Source of the DNA: Eutreptiella sp. 'Long Island Sound 2002'
Lineage: Eukaryota; Protista; Euglenida
Length of the DNA stretch: 64,000 bases
Direction: 5' to 3'
Assembly (NCBI GenBank): GCA_964036045.1
Contig: OZ038379.1
Coordinates: 15,562,001 to 15,626,000, forward strand
In this document: positions 60,300 through 64,000 of the stretch, one piece after another
How positions within the stretch are numbered: the stretch's first letter is position 1
How the letters are laid out: the number at the start of each line of letters is the position of its first letter
Notes under the pieces: model-generated
Databases searched by the model: none
Seen by the model: only the letters and a program-made list of their open reading frames with translations
Told to the model about the DNA's origin: nothing
Made by a program: the position numbers and the translations under genes

Positions 60300-61286
60300 G
60301 ATTTGTATCTCCGAGACGGGGGTGGGGGCATCGTGGTCGGGGGGTAGGAGGGTGGTCGCCTCGCCTCCCAGCGGAGCAAGCAGCGGGACGCTGGCCTCGG
60401 ACATCTCTTCAATGCGGTTTGGTCCCGGCGTTGGCGTAGCGGCGTCGGCGTCGTCCGGTGCTGCGTTCCACTCGCTGATGCGCTCAGTCAGCCCCGTCGC
60501 GGGCCTATCACGAAGGGCGGAGACGAGCTGGGACACGAAGGCCGTGGACCCTAAGGCGGCGCCCGCTTGGAGGCGTTGCACGATGGGTTGCTCGTGCTCG
60601 GCCACATCCGGGTCTTGAGCGGGGAGTATCTTCTCGAGGGCGAGGAGGTTGCGGTGTAGTGGGGCAAAGGCAGCGTCTCCATATTTGAAATCATGCGCTA
60701 GCAGCGCGGATTCCTCCTTTTCGTAGACCACGAGGTGGGCTTGTTGGTGCTCGTAGGGAGGTCGCGTGGGTTCGAACGACACGTACGGGCCAAGGAACCC
60801 CGCTTGGACGCGCAAGTCGAGAGCATGCGCCGATCTTGGGGCCACTAGGAGCACGGCGGTCTTCGGGGCCTTAGACGAGTCGTATGAGGGCGGGGCCGGC
60901 GTTGCGTGGGCTTGCTCGGGGGCGCCCGAAGGCGCGGACCTCGTATTGCCGCCGGACCGTGACGAAAACCGCACCAACTGCCCATCTATGCCATGAAAGA
61001 GAACAATGCCGCATGAGTGGAAGGAGCGGATAGCTAGCGTTTGGACTCCGGTTTTAATGACGTCGCACGGCGCGTGTGTGGTGTCAATCGCCACGACCAA
61101 GGAGTCTTTAGACCGGAACATCGCTCCTAAGGGCGGTGAGGCGCCCCGTCCTCCGGGCAGGTTGGCGATCATCATGCTGAGCATTTCCGGGGCTTGTAGG
61201 TGTTTGTTTCTTTCCTTCTGGTCTCTAGCGATCACGGCTCGATACACTTCAGTAGTAGGCAAAGCGTGCATGTCCATGTCAAGGAG
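60300..61286 (-). pseudogene. ORF1-like N-terminal region, possibly with RRM-like folds
   Basis: Continuous open frame of ~330 codons leading into AlkB; alternating hydrophobic beta-strand patterns (DSLVVAID, GIVLFHG, TAVLLVA, AHLVVYE); the fold call is inference. Confidence 0.55.
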
Positions 61287-61559
61287 TGGGAAACCAAAGT
61301 GAACAAGGCCGCAACCACCAAAATCCATCGCTGCCTTGTGAGGAAAACTAGGATCAAGCGCACCATCAACGAGGCGCTCAACCCCGTGGAACGCGGTGAA
61401 ATAACCCTGAAGCGCCCGGGCGCCACACAGCTCGTCTCCACCCCTAAAGAAGTGAGCTCTATTTTTCTTCCACAGTGCTCACCCTGGGGGGCAGCCTCGA
61501 ATACGCACCGCCGAGCACGCTAGTGGATCGCCTGCTCACACACTCCCCAACCTGCCCTG

Positions 61560-62900
61560 AACGCACAAAACACAGCCCTCTCCCTGACATTACCTGGGAA
61601 TCATTCCGCAACACGCTCAAGAGGTCAAAGCCCAACAAGGCGGGGGGGCGGGACTTCACAAACAACTACACTTTGCACATCTCCCCCCCCCCTGTCCAAC
61701 AATTCATTTGGAGGGTATGTAACCACTACCTCCACCAACCGTTGCCTGAGAAATGGCTGGAAGCCAACAATATCTTACTTTTTAAGAAAGGTGACGTGAC
61801 GAACCCTGTAAATTACAGGCCTATAGCCCTGCTGAACAGCGTTTACAAAATAATTGCAACACATGCCAACCGTGAGCTACTGGCAGCAGCCATCGAACAC
61901 TCCATCATACACCCCACCCAGCTCGGCGGGCTTCCCAACCGCAGATGCCAAGACCACATTTTCAACCTTTTATGCACGTTTCGGGAATCAGTCGGTAGCT
62001 ACAGCCTCTACATTGATTTCAACAAGGCTTTCAACTCCGTCCCCCACACCACCCTCTTCACAGTGCTGTCCCGCCTGAACTTTCCCACGCACCTTGTAAA
62101 CCTCATTCCATCCTTGTACCGTGCCCCCCGTGACTTCCCGGTGGTGTCAGGGCACACCCACTCCTCCCGCCTGCAAACCAGAGGTGTTCGGCAGGGATGC
62201 CCCATGTCACCCATCCTTTTCTGCCTTTACCTGAACGTTCTCCTCTTCGCCCTGCCGTCTCACGTCACGGCACCCCCCTCCCCACACGAGTCTGGCCACG
62301 CCTTCGTTGACGACCTCCTCTATCGATCAGAGGATGGGGACTGCATACAACAAATTTTGAATTTCTTCGACACAGTCGCCAGGGAGTGGGGCCTGGACTT
62401 AAACCTCAGCAAAATCGAAATCCATGCTATGGGAACAGACCCCCCAGAACTTTCACCTCCCCCTCGGGCACCCCCCTGTCAACCACCAACCAGAAGACGG
62501 AGCAACCACACAACTGCTACAAATACCTAGGGGTGTACATCTTCACCGCCAACCACGAGGCGCAAACGCTGGCATTAGCCAAGTCGGAAATACGCTCCTT
62601 TTTCACAACCCTCCAACCCCTCTGGCTCACCCTTTCGGAATACATTCTCTTAGTAAACGTCCAACTCATCGCTATTCTTTCCTACCGCCTCATGGCACAC
62701 CCCCTGGCCCTGAACGAGTGGGGAGCCCTCCAGGCCATGATCTGGCAAAATATTGCACATGACCCCTCCCCAGACAAGGCCAGCAAAGTTTCCCGCCTCG
62801 TCTCTTCTAAGGACCGCTACACCCCCCGCCACCAGGCAGGCTTAGGACTCCGCCACTTCACTTTTTCCATTTGCATGGCCCTGGTGAACGACGCAATCCA
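61560..62900 (+). pseudogene. Non-LTR reverse transcriptase, frameshifted near 62430-62470
   Basis: KPNKAGG, LLFKKGD...NYRPIALLN..YKI, QLGGLPNR, YIDFNKAFNSV, GVRQGCPMSPILF, AFVDDL, GLDLNLSK, YKYLGV. Confidence 0.95.
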
Positions 62901-63539
62901 GTACCTCAACGGGGACGGCCCAGCCTCAACAAACGAGTCCTTTTCTGAAGCGATGCTCTCCACCACACGCAACCCAATCCAAGACACCGTCATGGACGCG
63001 TGCCACACCATAGGCCTCCGGTACCACAGCACCGGACTCTGGGCCTCCTGCCCCCCCTCCCTCTTCCCTCCGAAAGAGAAAGTCCAAGTCCGGTTCCTAG
63101 CCACCAAACCAGCACCACAATACAGCAAGTTCGGCAACAGGTTGAAACGAACATCCCAAGACCTAGGGTTCCACCTAGGAACAGTCACGGGGGTGCATAC
63201 AGAATCGGCCACAGTCCAGTTCTCGGACGGCACCACCCACACCATCAAAGACCCCGGTCTCCGCCGCAACGAAAAAGAGTACACCTTTCAAAACCCAGTC
63301 ATTTCTGTCCGCCCCCAACTGGCGCGGCACCACGAACTGCTTACCCCTCCCCTTCTCCACCCCCAAGAGTACATCCTCAACCCCCCCCCCGGGCCACACA
63401 TGGGAGTTCTGCTCGACTCGTCGCTGCATGGCAAGCTGTACCGGCTCCCAGATGAACCTCACTCCCTTGACCCCGATGACCTCGAAGAATGGGGTTGTGA
63501 AGCAGCCCTTGCCCTCCTCCTCACATCGTCCCCCGGCAC

Positions 63540-63950
63540 AACATGGGTGTACTTGGATGGCTCAGCGGGCGCCTTGGGCTACGGGTCTGCAGCCACCCTG
63601 TTTTTCCCAAATGGCTCCAGATGGGTGCTGTGCCAAACGTCCCCATACCAGTCCTCAGAGGGATCGGAGTTCTGGGCGGCTATTATGTTCCTACGGTGGG
63701 CCCTTGCATCTCACCCGCACCTCACCTTTGCCGTGCTAGGGGACAACTTCCACGTTATCACTGTTCTCTCCCCGAGAACCCCCCCAGACCTCCCGTCACG
63801 CTCGCCAGCCGGCACGTGGGAATCCTCTCTTCAGTCCATCCAGGCCTCCCTACGCCCAGGGATGATCCCGGGTTGGGGGTGGATCAAAGGGCACGCCGGT
63901 TTTGTGGGAAATGAAATCTGGATGCTTACTCAAAGTGGGCCGCCCACGTG
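63540..63950 (+). pseudogene. RNase H domain of the LINE
   Basis: WVYLDGS (D), QSSEGSEFWAA (E), VLGDN (D), WIKGHAGFVGNEI; a 1-nt shift near 63920 would restore xDAYSKWAA. Confidence 0.9.
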
Positions 63951-64000
63951 ATGGTCTGGGACCCCTCCCTCCTTCCCCCCCCTCCGATAGGGTGCATATC

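Larger units (their letters stand above)
58346..64000. mobile_element. LINE (APE-RT-RNase H) carrying an AlkB domain; 58346-61286 inverted (-), 61287-64000 forward (+); runs off the window
   Basis: The minus segment encodes an ORF1-like region, AlkB and APE. The plus segment encodes the EN-RT linker, RT and RNase H. The two join through a shared TGGGAAA into ...TLNKWETKVNKAATTKIH... Confidence 0.9.

Noticed and set aside
58346-64000. Idea that the LINE is intact and its frameshifts are only homopolymer sequencing errors
   Set aside because: Several shifts are at homopolymers, but KAFN (for KAFD), SDR (for SDH) and in-frame stops point to real decay in this copy

Overview
Repeat-rich eukaryotic genomic DNA; no prokaryotic operons, rRNA or CRISPR arrays are visible. 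The repeat peptides and the C2-domain style remind me of a euglenid such as Eutreptiella, which I cannot verify here. Two host genes can be rebuilt by hand from GT-AG exons whose reading phases all join. The first is a STE20/MST-like Ser/Thr kinase (at least 3430-23913, +, possible membrane-anchor exons upstream, start codon not found). The second is a ~949-aa protein with four C2 domains (42263-53462, +). The rest is mostly mobile DNA. It includes a PIF/Harbinger-type DDE element whose 3-bp TSD is confirmed by an adjacent empty site, plus relatives; two CACG-ended MITEs with 8-bp TSDs; a poly(A) retro-insertion with a 19-bp TSD; a ~1.5-kb repeat unit with 162-bp arrays and telomeric hexamers; and a decayed OTU-PHD-DnaJ cassette between ~132-bp direct repeats. 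The most notable feature is at 58346-64000: a LINE (APE endonuclease, RT, RNase H) that carries an AlkB-family 2OG-Fe(II) dioxygenase domain upstream of the endonuclease, with its 5' half inverted as expected from twin priming. All domain calls come from reading motifs by eye; no searches were run.
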